From: Dehalococcoidia bacterium
GTDB lineage: Bacteria; Chloroflexota; Dehalococcoidia; GIF9; AB-539-J10
DNA length: 30,999 bases
Assembly: GCA_046496625.1 (NCBI GenBank)
Contig: JAWOGR010000105.1
Span: 1-30,999 of the forward strand
Reading direction: 5' to 3'
Position 1 is the stretch's first letter. Each line of letters opens with the position of its first letter. The position numbers were made by a program, and so were the translations under genes. The notes below the pieces were generated by a model, which was given only the letters and a program-made list of their open reading frames with translations, did no database searches and was not told the origin of the DNA. Of the stretch, positions 17,000-26,277 are shown in pieces.

Positions 17000-17500
17000 T
17001 CAAGCATACTGCATCTTCAGGCTGAGCCCTGCCCTCCTTTTCAGATCACCCGTCAGTTGCAGGTAGCGTTCGCCCCGCGGCCTCAGGACGATGCTGCGTT
17101 TCATCTGAGATTCCGGGTCATATTGCATCGAGACATGCATGCCCTCATCGGGTACTATCCCCGGCCCCTTATCCGCCCATTCGACGACGCAAACTCCGTC
17201 GCCGTATAGATAGTCCTCCAGACCCAGGTCGGCGACCTCGCTGACGTGCTCCAGGCGGTAGAGGTCGATGTGGTACAGGGGAAGCCTGCCGTGATACTCC
17301 CTGAGTAAGACGAAGGATGGACTGAAGGCATGTTCCTTTACCGCCAGTCCCTGCGCGATGCCCTGGACAAGGCAGGTCTTTCCCGCTCCCAACTCGCCTA
17401 CGAGCAGGAAGACGTCAGCGCTCCGGGACAGTTCTCCCAGATAGCTTCCCAGGAGTTGAGTTTGGTCCGGGCTGTCTGAATCCACTCTTAGAGATCTCAT
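17000..17500 (-). CDS. tsaE: tRNA t6A biosynthesis ATPase TsaE
   Basis: GELGAGKT, SPSFVL, YHIDLYRL and VVEWAD. Confidence 0.95.
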   Translation of the reverse strand: MRSLRVDSDSPDQTQLLGSYLGELSRSADVFLLVGELGAGKTCLVQGIAQGLAVKEHAFSPSFVLLREYHGRLPLYHIDLYRLEHVSEVADLGLEDYLYGDGVCVVEWADKGPGIVPDEGMHVSMQYDPESQMKRSIVLRPRGERYLQLTGDLKRRAGLSLKMQYA

Positions 17501-18500
17501 CGCTGAAGTGTTGCCATCCTCCTCTATCATAGGGAACGGCATCTCCCTTACTATCCACCACGGTCACCCTTGTTCCATGATCATCTTCTGTGATCTCACC
17601 GATCACGGTCACCGGGCAATCCAGGGCCAGCCTTACCCGGGCCAGGCGATCCTCATCGGCGGTGAACAGAAGCTCGTAGTCCTCCCCGCCGCAGAGGGTC
17701 AGTTCCCTGTGGTTGGGAAAATGGGCTTTGAGTGCCTGGTGTACCGGCACCCGGTCCACCCAGATTCGGGCGTTGACCCCGCTCATCTCGCATATGTGGT
17801 CGAGGTCGGCAACAAGTCCATCGCTTGTGTCTGTAGCGGTTCTGATCCCATGGTCGACAAGGATCTGTCCCTCTCTTATCCTCGGAACCGGTCTGAAGTG
17901 AGCCCGTCTCAGGATTACGGCTACGTCTTGATTCAGCACTGTCTTGCGTGTAAGCATCTCCAGCCCTGCCGCCGAGAGCCCCGGATATCCGGTGATGGCG
18001 ATCCTCTCTCCGGGGGAGGCTGTCGATCGTCTCAGTATCGTACTGCCTCTGGAGCGGCCTATGACTGTTCCGGTTACCACCACGAGTGGCGCGGTGGAGA
18101 TGTTGCCTCCGACTATCGCCACTCCGCATTGGCGGGCGAAGTGTGCCAGGGCTCTGCAGAACTCAGATACGTCATCTGCGTCGAGTTGGCCGGGGAGCGC
18201 CAGGGATATCAATGCGTATTCGGGAACCCCACCCATAGCGGCTATGTCGCTGAGGTTCACTGCCAGCGCCTTCCAGCCCAACTCCTCCCAACTGACGATG
18301 TCCAGGTCGAAGTGTACATCCTGCACAAGAGTATCTGTAGTAGCCATCTGAACTGTGCCGTCGCTCTGCCAGGCTGCCGCATCGTCACCTGTGTCCACCA
18401 GGATCTTCTGCCACGGGGTCTGCGCGCAGTCACGGTATTCGGCGATGATGGTTCTTATGCGGTCGATCAGGCCGAACTCCCCTAAGTCAGATACTCTCAT
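17415..18500 (-). CDS. thiL: Thiamine-monophosphate kinase
   Basis: GEFGLI, TGDDAA, DTLVQDVHF, AVNLSDIAAMGG, DTSDGL and GGEDYELLFT. Confidence 0.96.
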   Translation of the reverse strand: MRVSDLGEFGLIDRIRTIIAEYRDCAQTPWQKILVDTGDDAAAWQSDGTVQMATTDTLVQDVHFDLDIVSWEELGWKALAVNLSDIAAMGGVPEYALISLALPGQLDADDVSEFCRALAHFARQCGVAIVGGNISTAPLVVVTGTVIGRSRGSTILRRSTASPGERIAITGYPGLSAAGLEMLTRKTVLNQDVAVILRRAHFRPVPRIREGQILVDHGIRTATDTSDGLVADLDHICEMSGVNARIWVDRVPVHQALKAHFPNHRELTLCGGEDYELLFTADEDRLARVRLALDCPVTVIGEITEDDHGTRVTVVDSKGDAVPYDRGGWQHFSDEISKSGFRQPGPNSTPGKLSGRTVPER

Positions 18501-18507
18501 CGAAGGC

Positions 18508-18516
18508 ATTATAGCA
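18508..18516 (-). promoter_or_regulatory. Extended -10 promoter; probable leaderless thiL transcript
   Basis: TGCTATAAT followed by 7 nt and then ATG 18500. Confidence 0.65.
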
Positions 18517-18636
18517 CCGGCTTCATATGCTGTTCTAGCATCCGGGCAGTTCGGCTGAGCGTGGCAGCATCATTGGGCAACATGGCCGGATGGGGTTCAT
18601 CGTTGAGAACCCGCCTTGTTGTCATTTTTCGCGCTG

Positions 18637-18645
18637 TGATATAAT
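18637..18645 (+). promoter_or_regulatory. Extended -10 promoter of the rpsF operon
   Basis: TGATATAAT 9 nt before ATG 18655; no SD sequence. Confidence 0.65.
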
Positions 18646-18654
18646 GACTGGGTT

Positions 18655-18942
18655 ATGCGCGATTACGAATTGGTAGCTATAGTCAACCCTGAGCTTGATG
18701 AAGACGGAGTCTCCCGGATCATCGATAGGGTGGCTGAATCTATAGGCGGGCGCGGCGGAGAGGTGGAAGAGGTCAAGAGATGGGGGAGAAGAAAGTTCGC
18801 CTATCCTATAGATAGGTTCATGGAGGCGGACTACTTCCACGCGCGCTTCAAGTTGGGTCCGAAGCCGGTCAAGGAGTTGGAGGCAGAGATGACCGCCTCA
18901 GGAGACATTCTACGGTATCTTGTGGTGAAGCTGAGCGACTGA
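18655..18942 (+). CDS. rpsF: 30S ribosomal protein S6
   Basis: MRDYELVAIVNP, WGRRKFAYPI and ILRYLVVK. Confidence 0.96.
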   Translation: MRDYELVAIVNPELDEDGVSRIIDRVAESIGGRGGEVEEVKRWGRRKFAYPIDRFMEADYFHARFKLGPKPVKELEAEMTASGDILRYLVVKLSD

Positions 18943-18943
18943 G

Positions 18944-19333
18944 ATGGCAAGTCTGAACAAGATCATGCTGATCGGCAATGTAGGTGGTGACCCGGAGATG
19001 AGGTACACACCCAATGGCAAGGCCGTTACGTCATTCACTGTGGCGACTAACCATCGTTACAGTACCGCCTCCGGAGAGACCAGGGAGGAAACCGATTGGT
19101 TCAGCACCAGCGCCTGGGGTAAGCAGGGTGAGATGTGCAATCAGTATCTGTCCAAGGGCAGGCAGGTTTACGTGGAGGGGAGACTCCATGCCAGGAATTG
19201 GGAAGCGCAGGACGGGCAGATGCGGACCAGCCTTGAGGTGACTGCAGACAGGGTGCTGTTCCTAGGCAAGCGAACTGCGGCTGCCCTTTCTGAGGACGGG
19301 GACATCGAGCCTGAGGACATACCTTTTGACTAG
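18944..19333 (+). CDS. ssb: Single-stranded DNA-binding protein
   Basis: LNKIMLIGNVGGDPEMRYT, KGRQVYVEGRL and an acidic tail ending DIPFD. Confidence 0.97.
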   Translation: MASLNKIMLIGNVGGDPEMRYTPNGKAVTSFTVATNHRYSTASGETREETDWFSTSAWGKQGEMCNQYLSKGRQVYVEGRLHARNWEAQDGQMRTSLEVTADRVLFLGKRTAAALSEDGDIEPEDIPFD

Positions 19334-19350
19334 AATGGAGGAGAGAAGAT

Positions 19351-19638
19351 TTGGCTGATTTCGTACGACCAAGAAGGAGGGGTTTTACGCCCCGGCCAGC
19401 GATTTGTCCCTTTTGTAAGGGCAAAGTGAGGATTGACTACAAGGATGCCTCGATGTTGGCTCGCTATATCACCAATCAGGGCAAGATAGTGTCGCGACGG
19501 AGGGGCAGAGCCTGTGCCAGGCACCAGAGAGCCCTGTCACACGCTATCAAGAGAGCTCGCTACCTTGCTATGTTGCCTTATGCACCAACTCATATTTGGA
19601 GAACAGGAGGCGTAGGCCTATCACGGTCGACGGTGTAA
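19351..19638 (+). CDS. rpsR: 30S ribosomal protein S18 (Cys-containing, Zn-binding type)
   Basis: CPFC..IDYKD..CARHQR..AIKRARYLAMLPY; TTG start after GGAGGAG. Confidence 0.94.
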   Translation: MADFVRPRRRGFTPRPAICPFCKGKVRIDYKDASMLARYITNQGKIVSRRRGRACARHQRALSHAIKRARYLAMLPYAPTHIWRTGGVGLSRSTV

Positions 19639-19641
19639 GGA

Positions 19642-19782
19642 ATGCCAAAGCGTACTTATCAACCCAAGAGGATTCCCCGTAAGCGCAGCCTTGGGTTTCG
19701 TGCTCGAATGTCCACCAGAGGGGGAAGAGGGGTGCTCAGGGCAAGGCGTCTTAAGGGGAGGTACAAGCTCACTCCAGTCTAG
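19642..19782 (+). CDS. rpmH: 50S ribosomal protein L34 (46 aa, not in ORF track)
   Basis: [46 protein letters not shown]. Confidence 0.96.
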   Translation: MPKRTYQPKRIPRKRSLGFRARMSTRGGRGVLRARRLKGRYKLTPV

Positions 19783-19795
19783 CGCCATCCTGTGT

Positions 19796-20134
19796 ATGAA
19801 GGAGCCGCGAGCCTTAAACACCAGGGCGCAGTACACGCTGGTCTATCAACAAGGCAGAACATGGGTGAATGGCTTGGCTGTGATGAAGGCGACACCCAAT
19901 AACCTGTCCCTTAGTCGGTACGGTTTCTCTGTGAGCAAGAAGGTGGGCAAGGCGGTGCGGCGCAATCGCGTGAAGCGGTTGCTTAGGGAGATAATGAGGG
20001 AGCAGCCGCTGAAGCCCGGATGGGATATCGTCTTCATCGCGCGGCCGCAGGCGGCCGGTACCGGCTTTCGCCAGATGCAGAGGGCGGTAACCGGGCTCCT
20101 GGCACGAGGGCACCTGCTGGAGAGCCACGAATGA
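19796..20134 (+). CDS. rnpA: Ribonuclease P protein component
   Basis: RYGFSVSKKVGKAVRRNRVKRLLRE (RNR motif) and DIVFIAR. Confidence 0.95.
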   Translation: MKEPRALNTRAQYTLVYQQGRTWVNGLAVMKATPNNLSLSRYGFSVSKKVGKAVRRNRVKRLLREIMREQPLKPGWDIVFIARPQAAGTGFRQMQRAVTGLLARGHLLESHE

Positions 20135-20340
20135 GTCGAATAGCTCTGGGTTTGATAAAGCTGTACCAGAACACCCTGTCCAGGGTCATGCCCAGCGTAT
20201 GTCGTTTTAGCCCTACATGCTCTCAGTATGCTTCTGAGGCCATAGTGAGATACGGGTTTGCTCGAGGCATCGCTCTGGCAACAAAGAGGTTGGTCCGCTG
20301 TAACCCCTTCACCGAAGGGGGATATGACCCTGTACCCTAG
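20131..20340 (+). CDS. yidD: Membrane protein insertion efficiency factor
   Basis: CRFSPTCSQY and RCNPF..GGYDPVP. Confidence 0.95.
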   Translation: MSRIALGLIKLYQNTLSRVMPSVCRFSPTCSQYASEAIVRYGFARGIALATKRLVRCNPFTEGGYDPVP

Positions 20341-20352
20341 CTGGCTATCGAG

Positions 20353-21507
20353 ATGAAGCGAATCAAGATATCGTTCCTTATTATGGTGGTGCTGCTGACA
20401 TCGCTCATGGCCTCCTGCATTCCGGGGCAGGGGCAGCCGGCGAGCGGATGGTCGGGAACAGCGTTTCACGACGGCGTCATCTACGTCGGCACCGGCGATG
20501 GGAAGGTGGTTGCCATCAACGCAACCAGTAGGGAAGAGCAATGGCCTAATCCTTATTCCTTTGCTACTGAGGGTAGTGGGGGCTTGGCGTGTGGTCCGGC
20601 GACCGTTGCTGATGCTATATATACCACACCGGTAGTGGACGGAGGTTCAGTTCATGTCGGCACCTATAGTGGCAAAATATACGCGCTAAGCACAGCTACG
20701 GGTGCCCGCAGGTGGTCTTACCCTGAAGACGGCAATATCGGGGCCGTTGTGGGTAGCCCGGTTGTAGCTGATGACACTATCTATGTCAGTACCTCTGATG
20801 GCATGGTTTATGCGCTGTACATAGGTAATGGGGACGTTAGGTGGCAAGATCGACTCCAGTGGAAATCGGAGCCCCTGGCAGACAAGCTCTGGACCAGTCC
20901 GACCGTTACTGGCGACACCCTATATGTAAGCACGTTCGATGGTCACATCTATGCGCTGTCTGCTGAAGACGGCGGACTGCTTGACTGGACCTTCCAGTTG
21001 GAGGCGGGCCTTGCCTCATCCCCGGTCATCTACGGAGATACCATATATGTGGGTTCCTTTGACAACAACCTGTATGCGATTAAGATCGGTGCCAGTGAAC
21101 ACAGGTGGAGATTCCAGGGAGGCAGATGGTTCTGGGGTGCTCCACTGGTTCACGATGGAGTCGTCTACGCAGGCTCTCTCGACGGTAGACTGTACCTTAT
21201 TGACTCAGAGACGGGTGACAAGCTTGGGGAGTTCGATGCTGGAAGTCCCATCGTGTCGTCACCCGTCATCATGGATGACCTACTAATAGTTGCTAGCCAA
21301 TCGGGCGATGTCTATGTGTTTGACCTCAGTTCTGCACTCCAGGATAGGACGGTGCCTGTGATGAGTGTTCAGCTGGATGCGAAAGTTGAGAGTACGTTCT
21401 GCGCCAGCGAGGGCCTGGCCTACATTCGGGCAGAAGACAAACTGTATGTTGTGGATGTGGAGAAGGGTTGGATAACCTGGGAACTCTCCTTGATGGCTGA
21501 AGAATGA
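20353..21507 (+). CDS. PQQ-repeat (BamB-like) beta-propeller lipoprotein
   Basis: Signal peptide with lipobox-like LMAS-C; about eight repeats of S(S/P)Pxxxxxx(V/I)YVG(S/T)xDGx(L/V)YA...G...W. Confidence 0.85.
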   Translation: MKRIKISFLIMVVLLTSLMASCIPGQGQPASGWSGTAFHDGVIYVGTGDGKVVAINATSREEQWPNPYSFATEGSGGLACGPATVADAIYTTPVVDGGSVHVGTYSGKIYALSTATGARRWSYPEDGNIGAVVGSPVVADDTIYVSTSDGMVYALYIGNGDVRWQDRLQWKSEPLADKLWTSPTVTGDTLYVSTFDGHIYALSAEDGGLLDWTFQLEAGLASSPVIYGDTIYVGSFDNNLYAIKIGASEHRWRFQGGRWFWGAPLVHDGVVYAGSLDGRLYLIDSETGDKLGEFDAGSPIVSSPVIMDDLLIVASQSGDVYVFDLSSALQDRTVPVMSVQLDAKVESTFCASEGLAYIRAEDKLYVVDVEKGWITWELSLMAEE

Positions 21508-21519
21508 GAATAGCGTCCA

Positions 21520-22275
21520 ATGCTTGAGATATGGTATCTGATCATACTGAACCCGGTACTGAATGTGCTTGTCGCCTTGAGTCACATTCTGGCCGGTGAG
21601 TTCGGACTGGCGATCATCGCCCTTACCGTTATTGTTCGTCTTGCCTCCTGGCCTCTCAACAAGCGGCAGCTGAAGTCGACCAAGGCTCTGCAGGACCTGC
21701 AACCGAAGATGCAGGAATTGCAGAAGAAACACGGCAAGAATCAGCAAAAGCTCCAGCAGGAGATGATGAAGCTCTACAAGGAAGCAGGAGTGAATCCTCT
21801 GGGCTGTCTGTGGCCGATGCTGGTTCAGTTTCCCATCTGGATTGCTCTCTACCAATCGATCATGAGAGCTCTGGCCACCACGCCTGAGAACCTGCTTGCT
21901 TTGCATCGTCATCTCTACTCCTGGGAGGTGGTCAGGAACGCGATTCCCTTGAGTAGTCGGTTCCTGTGGCTGGACCTGGGAAGCCCCGACCCTTACTTCA
22001 TCCTGGCCATAGTAGTAGGCGGCACAATGTGGGTGCAGCAGAAGATGACACAGGCGCCGTCGGCTGATCCAAGGCAGCAGTCGACAGCGAGGATGATGAC
22101 GCTTATGATGCCGTTGATGTTCGGCTTTCTAACCCTGATGTTCCCCAGCGGCCTGGCTCTGTTTTGGGCTGTTTCAAACATAATCGGCATCATAACTCAG
22201 TATTTTGTCACCGGTGGCTGGGGTTATCTTAAGATCAGTTCTCCGTTTCAGTCCGCCGCGCCTAAGGGGAGATAA
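21520..22275 (+). CDS. yidC: Membrane protein insertase YidC/Oxa1 (short form)
   Basis: GLAIIALTVIVR, LQPKMQELQKK, NPLGCLWPMLVQFPIWIALY and GLALFWAVSN. Confidence 0.96.
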   Translation: MLEIWYLIILNPVLNVLVALSHILAGEFGLAIIALTVIVRLASWPLNKRQLKSTKALQDLQPKMQELQKKHGKNQQKLQQEMMKLYKEAGVNPLGCLWPMLVQFPIWIALYQSIMRALATTPENLLALHRHLYSWEVVRNAIPLSSRFLWLDLGSPDPYFILAIVVGGTMWVQQKMTQAPSADPRQQSTARMMTLMMPLMFGFLTLMFPSGLALFWAVSNIIGIITQYFVTGGWGYLKISSPFQSAAPKGR

Positions 22276-22323
22276 GCCGGCGTCGTGTAGGGGGCGGCAA
22301 ATCGGGAAGAGAGGTTCTACGCT

Positions 22324-22980
22324 ATGGAAGAGATCGAAGTATCTGCCACCACGGTGGAAGAAGCTATAAAGAAGGCAGAAGCACAACTGGGGATCCCGCG
22401 TGATGGATTCGAGGTGGAAGTTATCAGGGAGGCGAAGGCCGGGCTTCTCGGGGTAGGAGGCAGGGATGCGGTCATACGGGTTATCCCTCTACCTGCTACA
22501 GAGGAGGCTCCTGCCGGGGCCGCTGAAGATGAGATGATAGACGTCGCAACAGATGTCCTGAATAACCTGCTCGAACTCCTGGATGTCACTGGCAAGGTTG
22601 ATCTGCTGTCTGCTGAGATCCCGGTGGCTTTCGACATCACGGGTGATGACCTGGGAATCCTCATCGGTCGCAGGGGCCAGACACTTGCTTCTCTCGAGTA
22701 CATCACAAAGCTGATAGTTACCAGGCGCTTGGAGGCCTGGGTGCCCTTGAGTGTTGACGTGGCGGGGTATAGACGGCGTCGCTATGAGTCGCTTCAGAGG
22801 CTGGCACTATATCTTGCCGAGCAGGTGAAATCGGAGCGCCGTTCCATAGATATGGAGCCGATGCCCGCTAACGAGCGACGTATCGTTCACCTGGCGCTGG
22901 CTGACAATCCGGATGTTACGACTCATAGTATCGGTGATGGCGAGGAGAGAAAGGTCGTTGTCCAGCTGAGGCAGAGCTAG
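22324..22980 (+). CDS. jag: Jag/EloR/KhpB RNA-binding protein (Jag_N, KH, R3H)
   Basis: ATTVEEAI, GILIGRRGQTL (KH GxxG) and PMPANERRIVH (R3H). Confidence 0.94.
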   Translation: MEEIEVSATTVEEAIKKAEAQLGIPRDGFEVEVIREAKAGLLGVGGRDAVIRVIPLPATEEAPAGAAEDEMIDVATDVLNNLLELLDVTGKVDLLSAEIPVAFDITGDDLGILIGRRGQTLASLEYITKLIVTRRLEAWVPLSVDVAGYRRRRYESLQRLALYLAEQVKSERRSIDMEPMPANERRIVHLALADNPDVTTHSIGDGEERKVVVQLRQS

Positions 22981-22982
22981 CC

Positions 22983-25900
22983 ATGTTCCGGCAGGTAGAC
23001 GCCAGGGTCAACTTCCCTCAACTCGAAGATAGCATCCTTAGCTTCTGGAAGGAGCGGCGTATCTTCGACAAGAGCGTTCAAGCAAGAAGGGGTGGTCCGC
23101 ACTTCGCCTTCTATGAGGGGCCGCCCTCCGTCAACGGCAGCCCCGGCGTTCATCATGTGCTGCCTCGTCTGTACAAAGATGTCGTGTGCCGGTACCGGAC
23201 GATGAAGGGATGTCACGTGCCCCGTAAGGGGGGGTGGGATGCCCACGGCCTGCCTGTCGAGCTGGAGGTGGAAAAGGCTCTGGACATAACCAGTAAGACT
23301 CAGATCGAAGTATACGGGGTGGCTCGATTCAACGAGCACTGTCGTCGTACGGCGCTCAAGTATATTCAGGAGTGGGAAGCCGTGACTGAACGGCTTGGCT
23401 ACTGGTTAGATATGGGTGCGCCCTATGTAACTATGGACAACACCTACATCGAGTCATGCTGGTGGATTGTGAAGCAGCTATGGGACAAGGGATTGATATA
23501 TCAAGGCTACAGGGTAACTCCGCATTGCCCCAGGTGTGGCACCTCTCTCAGTTCTCACGAGGTTGCTCAAGGCTACGAGGACGCCGAGGATCCCTCGGTC
23601 TACATCAAGTTCAGACTGGACCCAGCCTCGTTTAAGAAGAGAGCGGAGTTTCACACCCTCGGTAAGCCTTCCGACCCGGCCAGCAAGCCGGTGTTCCTCC
23701 TGGCCTGGACGACAACGCCATGGACGCTGCCAGGAAACACCGCACTGGCAGTCGCTCCCGATGCCGAGTATTCCGTGCTGGAGGGCGATCGGGACTGCCT
23801 GGTGTTGGCGACGGCGCTTGTGGATGCGACCGGATGTGAAGGGTATACGCAGGCCGCGGTTGTCTCCGGGGCAGCTCTTGTTGGCCTTCAGTATGAGCCC
23901 CTGTTCAACCCTCATGGTTTTGACGTGCAACGGCTTGAGTTGCCGACGCTACGCGCACAGGAGCCAAGGGATGACCTAAACTATCCTGTTATCGGAGCCG
24001 ACTTCGTCTCGCTTGATGAAGGTACGGGTGTGGTGCATGTTGCCCCTGCCTTCGGAGAGGTTGACTTCGATATCGGCATGAGCAGCGGACTGGACTTCGT
24101 TCAGCCGGTAGACCTGGATGGCAGGGTGATCGGCGGCTATTCCTTTGCGGGAAGGTTCGTCAAGGATGCTGATGCTTCGATTTTGGAGGACATTGAAGGG
24201 CGTGGCCTTCTCTATCGAAGCGATAGAATCGTCCACACCTACCCGTTCTGCTGGAGATGCGAGACTCCTCTGCTCTACTTTGCCAAACCGGCGTGGTACA
24301 TCAGAACCACAGCTATGAAGGATGAACTCATCTCCGGCAACAGGGAGATCAACTGGTTCCCCGAGTACATAAAACACGGCCGTTTTGGCGACTGGCTGGA
24401 GAACAACGTTGACTGGGCTTTTTCTCGAGAGCGATACTGGGGGACTCCACTTAACGTCTGGCGCTGTTCTTCCTGTGGCACGTGCGAGTGCATCGAAAGC
24501 GTTGACGGGTTGAGCAGACAACCCGGAGTTAGCGGTCTGAACAGTCCTCTGGATCTGCATAGGCCGTCTGTAGATGGAGTCACATATTCATGTCCAAAAT
24601 GCATTGGTAGGATGCAGCGAGTGCCCGAGGTGGTTGACTGCTGGTTTGATTCCGGAGCCATGCCACTGGCTCAGTGGCACTATCCTTTCGAGAACCAGTC
24701 CAGTTTCAACTTGAGTTTCCCCGCTGACTTCATCTGCGAGGCCGTGGATCAGACCCGGGGCTGGTTCTATAGCCTGCATGCCATATCCACTCTGCTGTTC
24801 AGCCGCCCCTGCTACAGAAACGTGATCTGTCTCGGGCATGTCGTTGATGTCCGTGGCGAGAAGATGAGCAAGTCAAAGGGCAATGTTGTTGCGCCCTGGG
24901 CAGTACTCAGCAAGTATGGTGCTGATGCCTTGAGGTGGTATATGCTCGTCTCGACTGCGGGAGAGGACACCCATCGCTTCTCCACCAAGGTGCTTGAGGA
25001 AACCACCCGGAAGTTCCTTCTTACACTGTGGAACACCTATTCCTTCTTCACTCTCTATGCCAACATAGACTTCGGTGATAGGACTGCTATGACAGGGGAG
25101 CACCTGGTCAGGGCTCACCTGACACAGCGGACTGGGACTGAGCTTGATAGATGGATCGTCTCAGAGCTTAACCGGCTGGTGAGCGAAGTGTCGAAATTGC
25201 TGGACAACTACAACCCCACTGCCGCTACGCGCAAGATCGAGGGATTCGTGGACGTTCTCTCTAACTGGTATGTTAGGAGAAATCGCCGCCGCTTCTGGAA
25301 GAGCGAGAGCGATGCTGATAAGCTGGCAGCATACACCACGTTGTACGAATGCCTGACTACCCTGTCCAGACTGCTAGCTCCCTTTGTGCCTTTCGTGGCT
25401 GAAGAGCTGCATCAGAACCTGGCCCGCTCGGTCGATCCTGCGGCTAGCGAGAGCGTTCATCTGACTGATTTTCCGACAGCCGATGAGGCTAAGATAGATG
25501 ACAGGCTGAACGATGACGTTGTGCTGGCAATGAAGGTATCCAGCCTGGGCAGGGCGGCGCGAGCCAAGGCAGGCATCAAGGTGCGCCAGCCTTTGCAGGA
25601 AGCCGTCGTCAGAGTGGAGACCGAAGGTGAAAAGAGATCTCTGGAGCGCCTTGCGGAAGAAGTGATCGAGGAGATAAATGTCAAGCAGCTGGTGGTTGTG
25701 AGTGCGGGAGAAGGACGAAGTGCCTCGAAGGCGGATTCGGACATGCCCGACTATAGCGCTGCAAACGACGTCAGGTACCGGGTGGCGGTGTGCACGCGGT
25801 TGACACCCGAGTTGCTGGCTGAGGGAGTGAGCAGGGAACTCGTGCGCCATCTACAGAATATGCGGCGCAGTGCCAGGTTTGACGTGACAGACCAGATCAT

Positions 25901-26084
25901 CACCTACTATCAGACTGAAGAGCCGTTGCTCAAGCAAGTGCTAGACGATTTCGCCAACTACATCAAGCAAGAGACATTGTCTCAGGAGCTCATCAACGAT
26001 GTGCTGCCTGAAGACTGTTATTGTGAGAAGCATCGCGTGTCGAGCGGCGACATCTCTCTAGCCATCAGGCGGATGAATCAGTGA
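22983..26084 (+). CDS. ileS: Isoleucyl-tRNA synthetase, type 2
   Basis: FYEGPP..G.PGVHH, GWDAHGLPVE, WTTTPWTLPGN, DQTRGWFYSL and KMSKS. Confidence 0.97.
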   Translation: MFRQVDARVNFPQLEDSILSFWKERRIFDKSVQARRGGPHFAFYEGPPSVNGSPGVHHVLPRLYKDVVCRYRTMKGCHVPRKGGWDAHGLPVELEVEKALDITSKTQIEVYGVARFNEHCRRTALKYIQEWEAVTERLGYWLDMGAPYVTMDNTYIESCWWIVKQLWDKGLIYQGYRVTPHCPRCGTSLSSHEVAQGYEDAEDPSVYIKFRLDPASFKKRAEFHTLGKPSDPASKPVFLLAWTTTPWTLPGNTALAVAPDAEYSVLEGDRDCLVLATALVDATGCEGYTQAAVVSGAALVGLQYEPLFNPHGFDVQRLELPTLRAQEPRDDLNYPVIGADFVSLDEGTGVVHVAPAFGEVDFDIGMSSGLDFVQPVDLDGRVIGGYSFAGRFVKDADASILEDIEGRGLLYRSDRIVHTYPFCWRCETPLLYFAKPAWYIRTTAMKDELISGNREINWFPEYIKHGRFGDWLENNVDWAFSRERYWGTPLNVWRCSSCGTCECIESVDGLSRQPGVSGLNSPLDLHRPSVDGVTYSCPKCIGRMQRVPEVVDCWFDSGAMPLAQWHYPFENQSSFNLSFPADFICEAVDQTRGWFYSLHAISTLLFSRPCYRNVICLGHVVDVRGEKMSKSKGNVVAPWAVLSKYGADALRWYMLVSTAGEDTHRFSTKVLEETTRKFLLTLWNTYSFFTLYANIDFGDRTAMTGEHLVRAHLTQRTGTELDRWIVSELNRLVSEVSKLLDNYNPTAATRKIEGFVDVLSNWYVRRNRRRFWKSESDADKLAAYTTLYECLTTLSRLLAPFVPFVAEELHQNLARSVDPAASESVHLTDFPTADEAKIDDRLNDDVVLAMKVSSLGRAARAKAGIKVRQPLQEAVVRVETEGEKRSLERLAEEVIEEINVKQLVVVSAGEGRSASKADSDMPDYSAANDVRYRVAVCTRLTPELLAEGVSRELVRHLQNMRRSARFDVTDQIITYYQTEEPLLKQVLDDFANYIKQETLSQELINDVLPEDCYCEKHRVSSGDISLAIRRMNQ

Positions 26085-26277
26085 CCCTAGCTAGCTGCGC
26101 TGTACGGGTCTGAACCAGGTGTCCGATGGCGAGGCTTGATGGGTGGTTGCGGAGGTCTGGGTCGAAACTCACTCCAATCCTCCTGGTTGCTTTCAGTGGC
26201 CGCTCCGGCGATTCTGGGTCTCGCCGTCGGTCATGAGATGGCGTCAAGGCCTTGGACGTAAGTGAAGCGACCCGGAC

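Noticed and set aside
17508-18485. 325-aa plus-strand ORF and similar overlapping ORFs within ileS, nadK and the HAD fusion
   Set aside because: Antisense or alternative-frame shadows of well-supported genes.
26065-26277. 60-aa ORF or ncRNA between ileS and htrA
   Set aside because: No RBS, motif or convincing structure was recognised.
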